Shown here: positions 37,795 to 60,055 of the stretch, in pieces
Layout of the letters: each line of letters begins with the position of its first letter
Numbering within the stretch: the first letter of the stretch is position 1
Source of the DNA: Pavona decussata
Lineage: Eukaryota
DNA: 64,000 nucleotides
Assembly (NCBI GenBank): GCA_977016875.1
Contig: CDRNST010000122.1
Coordinates: 3,844,001 to 3,908,000 of the forward strand
Reading direction: 5' to 3'
Position numbers and translations under genes: made by a program
The notes under the pieces: model-generated
Databases searched by the model: none
What the model saw: only the letters and a program-made list of their open reading frames with translations
What the model was told of the DNA's origin: nothing

Positions 37795-39292
37795 AAACGC
37801 CGGCTCAAAACTGCCGATTTTTAAATAAACGCCGGGGGCGTTTAATCTAGAAAATACAGTAAGTTCAAACTAGTTTCTTGAGGGACTGGTTATGAAACCT
37901 TGCCATGAAAACAATGGTGCTGTAGTTTATGTTGGAAGGGCCGCGATGCTGCAAAATCCTTTGTTTAAACGTTCACAACACAGTTGAATATCTTAACAAA
38001 AACGTTTCGATTGGTCAGTTGCTCCAACACATTCCAAATTCTATTGTTGTTTGTGCAGGGTCAAGGCCAAAAAGGCAAACAAAAACATATGACAAAGAAT
38101 TTTGTCTGATTTCATAACCATTGCCCTCAATTAACTATGGTTTTGAATGATGAGTGGCTGCCTGATCGAGTGGCTGCTTTCCCTTGCTAGTCGTACACAG
38201 TCTTGCGCTTTCTAAAGAACGCAAACTCAGTTACCATACTAGATATTGGGCCTAAGAAGGACAGGGATAAATCCCTTTTCCAGTCGGCTGGCTTAATCGG
38301 TATATTTGTGAGGAATTCCGGGAATCAGAGCATTCAAGCGCACAGGAGTACCATTAGCATTTTAGCCCTGGGGAAACTTACTTCATCTTGATTGTTATCA
38401 TACCGTTTAACGTTGGGAAAAACAAGCACGTGCTACCCTAAGACTGGACTGAAAAGCCGTAAGTAATTTTGAGCCATAACTGAACATTCCGCTGTTGGCA
38501 ATGATTTAAATGACATGTTATTACATGATCATCTTACCTGTTTAATTATACACTTCTATTAAACCATTTTTATCCAAACATCAAGATGCCTTTTTCAACT
38601 GGTTGCGTGCTAGCAGCGGCCTGAATTTCAGCCTCCTCCAGGCTGTCGCTTAATTCCGGAAGAGACTACTTTATAATTAAATAGTCGTTAATGCCGTACC
38701 GCGACGTCACGTCCCAAGAATTAAAAGTCCTTAAAAAAACCCGTATAAATCCCTTGTTCCAGGCGAGTAACTCAAGCATCAGGCTTTTTTGAGGATGGGG
38801 GGGGGGGGGGGGGGGGTGGCTGAAGAAAGGCCTGATACAAAGGCATTCATCGGCTGGTATTAACCTCCTCAGTTCGTCTATTTTTTTTTTTTTTTGCCCT
38901 TAATTCATGTGGGGTGGGGAGTGATGTACCAACCACAAAGAAGAGTCTTCCATGAGATTTTTTAACCAACTTCAAGCTGTTTGGAAATCGGATGAACACT
39001 CTTCCTGATCAGAACTAAAAACGCCGAAAACGCAAACAGCGTACAGGTGCAAAAATTGAAAAACAGTGCCGATAGTTAAAGATCGCCAAGATGCAAATTG
39101 TGACGTATTGATTTTCGAAATTTGAATTTTATGAAGTTATGATGTCATGAGCACGTTTATTTATCCATCAGTAGCAGTTCTATTATTAATAAACACAATA
39201 AATGCTTACGCCAGGTTATAGAGAGGGCTGGAATATTTCGGCCGACTCGTGAAAAAAAAATCGTTGTTCTACCCCCTTTTCTCTCAGTTTTG

Positions 39293-39367
39293 TAGCCAAT
39301 GAACAGGCTCCCAAGTGGGGTATAGGCCGATTTTTCCTTTCCCCACTTAGGAGCCTGTTCACAGGCT
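39293..39367. mobile_element. Foldback MITE with 9-bp TSD
   Basis: TAGCC...GGCTA ends, internal GAACAGGCTCC / GGAGCCTGTTC inversion, TSD TCAGTTTTG. Confidence 0.8.
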
Positions 39368-42300
39368 ATCAGTTTTGGAGATTTTCCTCTCTGCCTCGCA
39401 GCTGAGGACTAGCACCAGTTACACGCGTGTAATGACGATTTTTTAAGCCCATACATTTCACCAATAAGGTGCCACAAACACTGTAAAACAGAGTGTTACA
39501 TAACACCATCCCTAAAAATCCCCTGGCAACACTGTTATTCTGTAGTTCAAAGCTGCAAGGCTTTGCTAAATTTGAGCCCCCCCCCCCCCCCCCCCCCCCG
39601 CCCAACCTCAACGCAAATAACAAATCTAACGACAGCATTATAAAAGAATGTTTATGGAGAATCTTTAATGCCATCATATTGCAACGAAAGCTTAGCAAGC
39701 CAGCCATCGTTTTGACATTTACTTTTTGATGTTATAAACTGGCTTCAAGGATCGTTTCCTTTCATCAGGTTATTTCTAAGCAACAGTAAAAAGTTCCCAT
39801 CCATTTCAAATTACCACCATTAGAACTACACTTTTCTAGAGTTACACATGAGCCTGTTGAAATCTTCAAAGGCTATTGCTCCATTCTCTTACTCCTCGCA
39901 ATCAATTTTGAGAGAAAAGAAATAATCCTACAATGCAATGCTGTTGTTTAGTCGTGCACTGGATGCCACCATGTTAACGTTAACTACTATCAGCTCCTGG
40001 CTTAAAACAGCTTACTGTAAAAACCTAAAGCAAGAATGAAGCAAGCATTCTCTCTATTCGCGGGATAAGAACTTTACAGCATCTCAGTCTACTTGTCCCT
40101 AATTGCCCTACAAGCACTTGGATGATTTTCTATTGTAAACTCTTCACTTTATATTGAAGACCAAACTGCTATATCTGTAAAATGTGTTGTTATCCCCAAT
40201 TTTTTTAATAACTTTCAATAACCCTCGCGAAGGTCTGTTTGTCCCGCAGTCATAAACTGCGCAATAATATCTTTGAATTATTAGGCACCGTCCTAAAGAA
40301 ACCCGAGTCTCTCGGACCATCCCGTGATGCGCGAAACTTGTGCGCAGTAGCAAAAGGAAGCCTCGCCCTTCACGTTCAGATAAGTCTTTACTAGAAACAA
40401 AGGGCGCAAAGGAGCATTTGTTTTGCAAGTGAGCCACGTTATGCTTCTCAGCAGAAAAACATTAAGATGGCAGCATCCAAAGCAGAATTACAAGCCATGT
40501 TACACTGCAATTTGCCTTGCAACTATAAAAGGTGCACAAGTGACCGAAAGGTTACAAGACAAACTGCAGGATGCTTGCTACAGCAGCAAGGTATCCTGCA
40601 ATGTTGCAAAACATAGAAGACTGGTCCACTTTTCACGCAATGATTAACCGTTTAAGCTCCAATATAAACATACTTATTCTCCTTACTGTTCTCCTTATTT
40701 TTCTTGTGGAACTAGTCAGGAGAATTTGTTAAAACATCACTACGACCTTAAGTCTTTGGTGATCATTTCATTTTTTCTCATTAGCTGAATGCTTGATCAG
40801 GTTGTGATTTTGTGGAGAAATTGTACGCTTGTCACTATTTGGGCTTAATGGGTCAACCATTATGAAAAAAAATGCTGCCATCCACTTGGAAAAGTGGACT
40901 AGTCTTTTCCGTTCACAGTGTTGTAGGATAAGTTTCGCTGTACAACATTTCTTCTGCAAATTTTTTCACAAACCACTTATGAGCATTCCATTGCAAGCTG
41001 TAACTGCCTCGTGTGTACAAAGTTTCAAGAAATGTAGACAGTTTCCCCTTTCTGATGAATATCATACATAGCATGCAAACGTTTTGTATCTATATTTTGA
41101 CAAAGCACTTCCCAACAGTGCTTGGACAAATTCTTCAACATGTCTGACACTACAGCTATATTACTATACAATATATATCTCAAGGAAAATGCTATGGGAC
41201 AATAAATCCTCTATTTCGTCCCTGGGAGTTCTGATGGCCTTTGAGGGCGGGAGGGTGGGGGGTTAAAGGGAGGGAGGGAGAAGGGGGAGGGGGCCTAATT
41301 GAATCGGTGGCACAGTGCTTGTAATTCACCCTAACATCAAATTTGAGATTATTTAAAATTCTTAACAGTCATCTGACTTTGAAAAGAATGTCTTGCAAAA
41401 ATTTGTTCAGACACATAGTATGGCATACTAACAGTATGGTATCCTAATAAAAGGCAAAAGGTACATTCTTGTAGCCGGTGGTGAGGTCTCTGAACGGGAC
41501 AAGTTGTAATGGAGGGGTTTAAATAATTCTACTTCTAACATAAGCAATTAATTAACGTTTAAGCTCTATCAGTGATCAGCATCAAATTTCTCCTTGTAAT
41601 ATCAATGCTTATTCAACCCCTGAGGTCATGGAATTAAGGATATGATCACTGAAGGTGAATTTTCTTGATATTTTAATAACTTCTCCCCATAATTTTTTAA
41701 GAAAAGTATGGGCACAAGATAGGAGAATTTGTTCTTTGATATTAGGGGTTAAAGGGTTAATTGAAACATATAAAAGAGTTTAACATACAGTAGAGGCAGG
41801 GAATAAAATAGAGGATTTGAAGTAAATTAAATGGGACAAGCTTGTTCAGAAAATTAACTCGCGCATCAAAAAAGCTCAATAATTATCAAAGGATAGTGTT
41901 ACAAAGCAATTCACTTATATTCTGCACAACTAAAGTTGTAACTTGAAAGGTATCAGGGCGTAGGAAACTTAGAAACCAGTAAGGGAGGGTGGGTGGAGAA
42001 ATCTACCATCTACCCCAACCCTCCCCACCCTCTTATGATCTTCTAGAGTTCCTTCCATTCCACATCTCAACACTTCACAACTGCCCCCAAACAGCTGTGA
42101 TTGCGCAGTGAAAACCAGCCATAAAAGGAAAGACCCAAGATCTCAGATCCTGCATTAATCCATACATCATCTAGCCACCAACAGAAAAATCCCGCTTATG
42201 CACTGCACTTTCATACGGCCATTCAAACACACCAAAGTTACATAAATTCCACTGCATCCATCTTCATTTTTTCTTGTAACATCTTCATTCCAATGATGCA

Positions 42301-42374
42301 AGTTAAATAGGGATAATAAACTTCTTCCATAACAATACTTGAATTGTTCATTTTCTTTGACTGCTCATGACTTG

Positions 42375-52515
<10,141 letters not shown>

Positions 52516-54959
52516 TACGGCTGTAGCAATGACACGGTGCTCACAGTCCAGGAGAAATTTCAATAGTATACTTCCTTTGTTTCACATAAACATTCCGCAT
52601 TGCACAACGGAAGCGTGTTTTGCAGATCAGACCATGTATCAATTTTTCTGCACAGGATCTTGTCGTCAGATGTACCCAGGAGTCGAGCACCAAAGGCAAA
52701 TGTATCGTCGCTCAAAGCGGCCTGGGCGACCGTGAATCGTGAAACAGACAATAATATTTTTCAAGCTCCAGTTTGTAGTTAGAGCCCGCGGTGAACTTGG
52801 TCAGTAACAAATCGCTCGATTTTTGCGTGACATAAATTCACAAATTTAATTTTCTTTGGTCGAACATTATACATTTATTTTCCAGAATAATACAATAAAA
52901 TTAAGGAATATGTATGGTCTGAAGTGAATCACATTGAATGAAAGTTATGGACTTAGAAAATTGACAACATTTGCACGATGGATCTTAGTCGATATTTTAG
53001 GTCATTTTAGGCCATCCGCGATGCAAAATAAGTCACGTTCATACAGACAAATAATCCCAACAACAGCTGGATATAACAGTCGAGCTCAGCAACAGATCCA
53101 AGCATGCATGCACAGTCTTCGCGAATTAGCACATAACTTTTTTTCCGATTTACATACATTTCTTGGTTCAGCATCTCAGGTTAAGCTTTCAGGGTAGGTC
53201 GTTCTGAGCCGAAAAAGCGGTTGACCAAGAAAATAAAACTGAAAAAGAAAAGGAACAAAAGAAAAGGGATGGGAGGGAAGACTCTCAACAGAAAAACCCT
53301 GTTACTCATCTTCAGTTGCCTCTGATCATGATAAAACAAATATAGGGCTAAGGATTTGTTATCGTTTTGCTCATTAAAACTTTTGCTTTTTGACGTTCTC
53401 GTTGCCGTTGCCGTCGTGATTTCGTCCCTATAAGACGTTTGAATTTAATAGTGGTTGTACAAAAGGAATGATTTGCAGAATTAAGTTGCACGTTTTCTGT
53501 AGGCTTAGCGTGCCCAATCTGAATTTCATGGTGCGTGACTCGTTATCGCACCAGCCAGCTTATAGAGGTTCCTCTTTGTCTCCTTTGGTTTCTTCTTATA
53601 TTTTCCGCTAGCGCTTCTGTTTCTTCACCCCGGGTTGAAAGAATACTAGAAGCGGCAAAAACATGAGGAGAATGCAGGAGAAAAAAGAAACAGCCTAGCA
53701 GGATACGGAACGTAACTTGTCATGATTTCACTCTTCAATCTGCCTGCAAGCCAATGTTTTTCGCATTAATTTATTAAGTCAAAAAGCATTTTGACTGGTT
53801 GTAAATTTAGTTGAAGTCAAGGTAATGGTATATGGCAAAAACTTACGGCTTCTTTTCAAAGGAGTTGTTTTTCCACCAGATTCGTGAATCAAGTTCTGGA
53901 GCCGTGGACTAAAGCGTAAACTTATAACTTTTTTAAGGTTTATTGATCCAACCTGTTTTGACCAATGACAATCGATACTGGGGCACCAACGAGAACATTA
54001 AACCGGCAAAAGCTAAGAGTTAAAATCATTTTATCAGGGAAATTCAGTTTGTACAGGTTGCCTTTTCGGATTCTTTAGCTGAAAATTTAAGCATAAATCG
54101 CAAAAAATTTTACAAGGAGTCTTATTTCCCGGATTTCGATTATTTGCGAGCTGCTATTGGCCGGGAAAATACTTGCTCACTTTACTTCGCACTTTTAAAC
54201 AACGTGTTTGCCACTCTGAAAACTAAAGGGATTGTAGTTCAGTTTTTAGTGCCACAAGGGTTTGAGAAAATATTTCGCGAAATCAAACGCCAATAGTTGT
54301 TCTTCACAATGCGATAACTTTTTCTGAGGCGGCCGAGGTTTTCCGAACAGATACATTCCACCAAAAAGAACCGTTGGGAGCCCCTGTTCCTTATAAGACA
54401 AATTAATAAACTAGTTACGCTTAACTTATTTCAATCAGTCTTCAACCTCAGCTAGATTCAAAATGTCTACTTACTGTTATCAGTTATCTTTCCTTTCCTA
54501 AAACGCAAAAACAGGTAGATGTTCCAGAAAATAGCCAACCAGAATTTCGGAAAGACGCGATAGAGAGAAAACTGTTTTGAAAGGACTGCAAGTCAACAAA
54601 CATGGCGACCACGAAATCTTGTCTTTGTTTGAAGTTTTCATTCTGACTAAAAAATTTTGACATGTCATTTTTTTCAGTCGTATTGCAGTTATCCTGTTGT
54701 CCTAGCATCAAACTTTAACTCCGAGGACTTTATACAACTTCGGAGCGTCTAATTAATGATTAATTAATATTTAATGCTATTCACATTAATTTTTGACACC
54801 TCCCCTAATGAAAAAGAAACGAAAAATCCCTTAAAAGCCCTTAAATGCGGCTGATCTAACAAGAAGACCTGAGAAGCCCTTCATTTTAGCTACACATTCA
54901 ATAACTCACCCTCTCCATGCGGTTACCCGTTTACAGGCAAATGATTGAAAATCTCGTTG

Positions 54960-55065
54960 AAGAAACACAAATACCAAACATGTCGCTCATCAATCACTTC
55001 TTGTTTGTTCTGATCCGTGTGATTGCAGTCTGTTTCCTCGGGCGTCAGGCTTTTTGTTATAAAAG
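54960..55065 (+). promoter_or_regulatory. Histone H1 promoter: H1/AC box and TATA box
   Basis: AAGAAACACAAA (core AAACACA at 54963-54969) lies ~95 nt upstream of TATAAAAG (55058-55065). Confidence 0.65.
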
Positions 55066-55160
55066 TGGCGCGTAAAAAAACCTCGTTATTGCATCGCGAA
55101 AGTCTTTTTTCCCGAAGCAAATTTGTTTTCTATCGATCGTTTTTGAGTCAGTTGTGGATT

Positions 55161-55829
55161 ATGTCTGCTGTTGCAAGGCCAAAGTCAAGATCACGTTCCA
55201 GATCTAAATCTCGTTCCAGATCAAGATCCCGATCAAGGTCGCGATCGAAGAGTCCCGGTGCGCGAAAGATGGCGAAGAGTCGAAAACCGAGAGCAAAGAA
55301 GTCTACTGCTGCTGCCCATCCGCCGTACATCGCCATGGTTTCTCAAGCGATAACAGCAATGAAAGATAGAGGCGGCTCGTCCAGGCAAGCCATTGAAAAG
55401 TACATCAAAGCGAACTTCAAAGTAACGGGTGACATCTCGACTCATCTGAGGATGGCCTTGAAAAGAGGAGTTGCCTCAGGGAAGCTAATGCATACCAAAG
55501 GAACCGGTGCCTCGGGATCCTTCAAGGTCAACAAGGCTGCAGTCACACCAAAGAAAAAGTCAAAGAAGAAGCCAGCTGCTAAAAAGCCCAGGAAGAAGGC
55601 CGCGACGCCCAAGAAGAAAGCAGCAAAGAAAACCGGCGCCAAGAAAGCTACGAAGAAGAAGTCCGCGGCGAAAAAGAAGGGCAAGTCACCGGCAAAGAAG
55701 AAGAAGAAGACTACCAAGAAACCTAAAGCTAAAACGGCTGCAAAGAAGCGAACAAAGAGCCCGAAGACACGAGCTACGCCAAAAAAGAAGACAGCCAAGA
55801 AACCCAAAGCAGCGGCCAAGAAGAAGTAA
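55161..55829 (+). CDS. H1: Histone H1 family protein with N-terminal SR repeat (protamine-like/sperm H1 candidate), 222 aa, intronless
   Basis: Globular domain [12 protein letters not shown]...[13 protein letters not shown]...[11 protein letters not shown] and a Lys/Ala-rich tail with three TPKK motifs. The first ATG after the TATA box is at 55161. Confidence 0.93.
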   Translation: MSAVARPKSRSRSRSKSRSRSRSRSRSRSKSPGARKMAKSRKPRAKKSTAAAHPPYIAMVSQAITAMKDRGGSSRQAIEKYIKANFKVTGDISTHLRMALKRGVASGKLMHTKGTGASGSFKVNKAAVTPKKKSKKKPAAKKPRKKAATPKKKAAKKTGAKKATKKKSAAKKKGKSPAKKKKKTTKKPKAKTAAKKRTKSPKTRATPKKKTAKKPKAAAKKK

Positions 55830-55869
55830 ACTGAGCACCTTCTAAGAAAACAACACAACACAACAAAAC

Positions 55870-55902
55870 GGCTTCTTTAGAAGCCACCAAATAAAAAGAA
55901 AG
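55870..55902 (+). terminator. Histone 3' stem-loop and purine-rich downstream element
   Basis: AAAAC-GGCTTC-TTTA-GAAGCC-ACCA starts 41 nt after the stop codon and is followed by AAAGAAAG. Confidence 0.88.
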
Positions 55903-56066
55903 CAATGACCAATAACTCTCACAATTTTTTTTTTATTTCTTAATTTCCGTTCTCCTTTACAAACCTCTTTTTCTCAGGAATAAAACTAATGATTTTTCCG
56001 AGGCTTTTTTTTTTTTTATCTCAAAAGTCAACATTGGCCACGCCCTTAAAAATATACAGAGGAACC

Positions 56067-56641
56067 AAGAGATGGCCGATACCAGTTTTTTTAAATCGAT
56101 CCGGTACTAGTACGATATTTACCGATATCAGGCACTTTTTCGATACATAGATACCGATATTGTGACGTCATCATCCAAGACTTTGATGTTATCATAGCCT
56201 GTGAACAGGCTACGGTTGGGGATAGGACGAAAGGAAACACCGCGAGCGAAGCGAGCCGGGGGATCACTTCACTCGGCTCGCTTCGCTCGCGGCCTTTTCC
56301 TTCGCCTTTTCCTCTTCGCCCTCACAGGCTAATGTTATCACCTCGCTGCACTCTAAAGACACTCTTTATAGTCTGTGAACACACACAACCCCCAGCAACA
56401 GTGAATCAACTCTAATTTTGTGATTATTTCCTTCGAGCTCTGTGCAACTGCTCATACAATCAGGCAAAACAATTGGTTTTCGGCACTAAAATAGCCCTCA
56501 AATATTTCAAGTGAGCGGTCACGTGAACAGTATTTATAGCCGGATCAAAACAGCCGACATTTCTCGCAAATATCGTTATTTTTCAAGGAAATCTCATTGT
56601 CAATTATATCGAGTATTTAGCATCGATTTCGACCCAGCCTA
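56067..56641. mobile_element. Degenerate hAT-like MITE with a nested 9-bp-TSD foldback MITE (56196-56331)
   Basis: The outer element is flanked by GAGGAAC(C/T) and contains CGATA repeats. The inner TAGCCTGTGA...TCACAGGCTA element has TSD ATGTTATCA. Confidence 0.65.
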
Positions 56642-56700
56642 GAGGAACTGAGGCTAGATTCTAGATAAATGGCAAGGTGGCGAGAGAGCCTCTTCCTTTT

Positions 56701-57069
56701 TTTACGTCATACTTGAAATATGCCGAAGTTGTCAGTCTTGATGAATACGGGTCCGTAATTCTCCCTAGGCCAGAAATCAATCAATAGCGAAAACATCCTG
56801 TCTCAATTTTCAGAGGAATTTCACACTCAAAATAAGGAATCAGTACGTAACCTCTAAAGAGGCCTTCACACGACAAATTTTTGTTGGCCAACTTGTGTTT
56901 GATTTTGCATACATCCGTTTTACGTCACGCTTGAAATATACGGAAGTTGATCTTGATAAATATGGGTACGTTATTTTCCCCAGGCCGGAAATCAATCAAT
57001 AGCGAGAACATCCTGCCTCAATTTTCAGAGGAATTTCACACGCAAAATTCGGAATCAGTACGTAAACTC
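56701..57069. repeat. Two diverged direct repeats of ~150 bp
   Basis: TTTACGTCA...GGAATCAGTACGTAA at ~56701-56853 and ~56919-57069. Confidence 0.8.
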
Positions 57070-57475
57070 CAACAGGGCTTATATTCTTTCAAAGGACATT
57101 TTTAGGGTCCAGGGTCTTATTTGCTTCTTTCAGTCGGAGAGCTTATTATTGGAGAGACCTCTGCGTTTTAAAAACTGGATTGGATTTAACAATTAAAACA
57201 GCTTGAACCACTCAACGCTTTAATTAAATAAAAGCTACAACAGGATTTTGTTATTTTTGCTCCAAACTTGAAATAAAAAGAGGCCATCATTCTCGTTCTT
57301 GAAAAACGAAGAGGTTTTTTTTTGTAAGAAAAACGATTTTGAGTGCCATGTATTCGGAATTTTACACAATTTTGACAATAGTTTTTATTAATCCGAAACA
57401 GACTATAGATATGGCTTTATTGAATTTGCTAGTTTATTGAAAACTGAGCACTTTCCGCTACCCTTTTAATTACTA

Positions 57476-57665
57476 TAGCAGAGGTTTCTTTCTGGCAAGT
57501 CTCGATCTTTTAGCATGTACGAAGTCGTTCGCGTCACCTCTCAGTAGTATTTCGCATAGTCTTCCTCGGGGAAGTAAACAAGCCGACTACGCGAAATACT
57601 AGAGACGCAAACGACTTCGTACATGCTAAAAGACTTGCTAGAAAGAAACCTCTGCTAGCAGGGTA
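57476..57665. mobile_element. Foldback MITE
   Basis: TAGCAGAGGTTTCTTTCT...TTTTAGCATGTACGAAGTCGTT pairs with AACGACTTCGTACATGCTAAAA...AGAAAGAAACCTCTGCTA. Confidence 0.7.
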
Positions 57666-59899
57666 CAGAGCGGATAACGTTATCCAGCGGATAAGTCGCT
57701 ATCAAGCAGACAAAAAGTATTGGTTGGAGTATATCTTACCCGCTGGATACTGGCGATTTGTCCACTGGATAGAGTTATCCATTCTTTGAACAACTGGGGT
57801 CAGTAAAATTCATACCAGAGCTCCTGTTTTGGTATATTTACGTGGCACCCTTCCTCCTCTCGTCACCTATGGCATGCTCTAAGCTCGACCGCTTCATTCC
57901 ACCACTCTACTGATAGAAGAGCTCCCGCCGAGAATAGAACACATATAGCCAAAATAGAAAAAAATGCACTTTGGCCACAATGGTGCTGGGTCGGGTGGGT
58001 GGTGGCGGTGGTTGGGGGAGGGGGGGCCTTAACCTTTGGGTGTGGCAAGTTTCTCAGGGGTTAAAAATCTTATCCATTTCAGACCAACAGTGACGTAATT
58101 TACAATGCAGTGCACTTTTCCCTTTCTACTTTGATTAGTTTATGACAACAAACCTGTCATCTTTATCGACAAATTCTCACGGTGTCCAAGGGTGAATAGA
58201 AAGACGAGAGAATGAGGCCAAGCTGTTTGACCAAAGGAAAATTCTATCATAAAACCCTAACCAAAGAGTCTACCAAAGTCTTTCCTCCAAATAAAGTCCA
58301 CCAGAAAATTTTGGACCCCAAGACCCCAGTCACTAATTTCAAACCCAGAAATGGTCTTTGTACATTGCTGTCGCTAATACACCTGCGGTGAGTTGCATAA
58401 AATTTAACGTCGGGCGTAACTGCTAACGCCAGACCTTCATCCCGGTCACATTTAGTATGTTAACGTCTGATAGCATTTTAACACGCCCGCCGTTAAGTTT
58501 TATGCAACTTGTCCCTGGTCCCCTTGGGATACTAGACCTGCAGGAGCTTGAGCCGTGTACGATAGCCTTACGACAAAGCAGCCTTTATGACCCACCCCAT
58601 TATGTTTCAGTCGTATGCAGAGTTGCCCTTGCCTCAACCGATCAAATAAATACCAGTTATATCTGGGTTCAATTTAGCAGGAACCAGTTGGAAGTCAAAA
58701 ACCAGTTACAGCAAAGAGCAGAAATATATCAAAATTCCACCTTTGCAAACCACAGAAACACAAAGATGTTTAAATCAAATAAAATCAACCAAGTTTATTT
58801 TCAGATACATGTTGAACAATTTCAATTCCGTGTAGTAAATAAATTCATGCATTATTGTACAATGTCGTTCTCATTTTTAAATACAATTCAAAGGAACTCC
58901 CACCAATCCTTCCTATGGGGCGAGCTGACGTTGATACTGGAATAACAGGATGTGCTTGGGAAGTAATCAATACTTGCTAAATCAAGTCAAATTTGTAAGA
59001 CTTTTGCACTGTTATCAGCTAGCCTTAGTTTTTGAATTTGTCATCCCCACACTGCTCTTGTTATTCACTAGTCAAGAGTTGCTAAAGTTTTGCTATCTGA
59101 ATGAGATATATCCTAGCTCCATTTAAGCTAAGGACAGCTTCTTTCCAGTCAGTCAAATCTAGTCCCTAAATTGTTTTACACTGGGGAAACTTCCACTTAG
59201 CCGAAATTTGTGATTGGAAATTCCAAAACTCCTCATGTCAAATAAAAAGGGGTTTCGTTTTTACATCTGGGAGAAGAACCTTGCTTTCAGTTTCATTGGC
59301 AGATCAAAAAATGCATGCAATTGCACAAAAAGATAACCAAAGGGGAGGAAAAATCTGCGCAAATGGAACAAAATTTTGGTTTGGACGGAAAAGTGGAGAA
59401 CCTCTGAAGGTTGTCCATTTGTCCTGGAAAATTTCTACTTATATGTTATCTGGCAGAACCAGAAATTTTTTGACAAAATGGAAAGCAACCTAGTTTCCAA
59501 CTCTAATGATAACATAAAACAAAACTGGGTGATGTTGTATCAATATTGTAATAATTACAATATTGATACAACATCACCCAAATAAATTATTTATCTTCAG
59601 TGTTACACTTTTAGTGAAGTTTTCAATCAAGTATTGTGAAATCAAAACTAAAGTAATAAAAAATAATAATTATTATTACAGAGAGACACTATCACCTATT
59701 TTTAACATCACATTAAATAGCCAAAACATGTTTGAATCAAACAGAATGGAAATGTTAAAATAGTGGTTCTGTTTTGTTAAAAATAATCACTCTTTTAATA
59801 TACAGAAACTATTATGGCTGCAGATGACCAGGATGGAAATGCATACAACTTGTGTTGGGAAATTATGAGAAAACCAATAATGGTTTATTCTACCTTAAA

Positions 59900-60055
59900 G
59901 AAATCACAGGTGATCCCTGTAGTACCAGGTGCATTAGGAACCATTCAAGAAGGCTTCAGGAAAGTGTCATTGGAGTGAACACAACAGCTGGGCTAATTCA
60001 GATGTCAGCGCTGTTGGGATCAGATATGATTATAAGAAATGTTCTTGAATGGTAG
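59900..60055 (+). mobile_element. 3' fragment of an RLE-clade (R4/NeSL-like) non-LTR retrotransposon
   Basis: The frameshifted translation VIPVVPGALGTI...LIQMSALLGSDMIIRNVLE resembles the conserved C-terminus VIPVVIGALG...LQKxALLGxxxILRxVL. Confidence 0.6.

Larger units (their letters stand above)
32580..38600 (-). repeat. Cluster of old, mutually similar blocks; possibly decayed L1/Tx1-like LINE fragments
   Basis: ~32580-33900 aligns by eye with ~35635-36810. An AGGGATAAATCCC-type motif recurs near 32980, 34855, 35350, 35910 and 38265. Frameshifted translations weakly resemble Tx1 ORF2. Confidence 0.45.

Noticed and set aside
55023-55160. 46-aa extension of the H1 ORF
   Set aside because: Starts at TTG upstream of the TATA box; the first ATG is at 55161.
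55442-55861. Phe/Ala-rich antisense ORF resembling a membrane protein
   Set aside because: Reverse-complement artefact of the Lys/Ala codons of H1.
58457-58945. 162-aa ORF
   Set aside because: Begins inside a small inverted-repeat element, has no recognisable domain and no supported splice partners.
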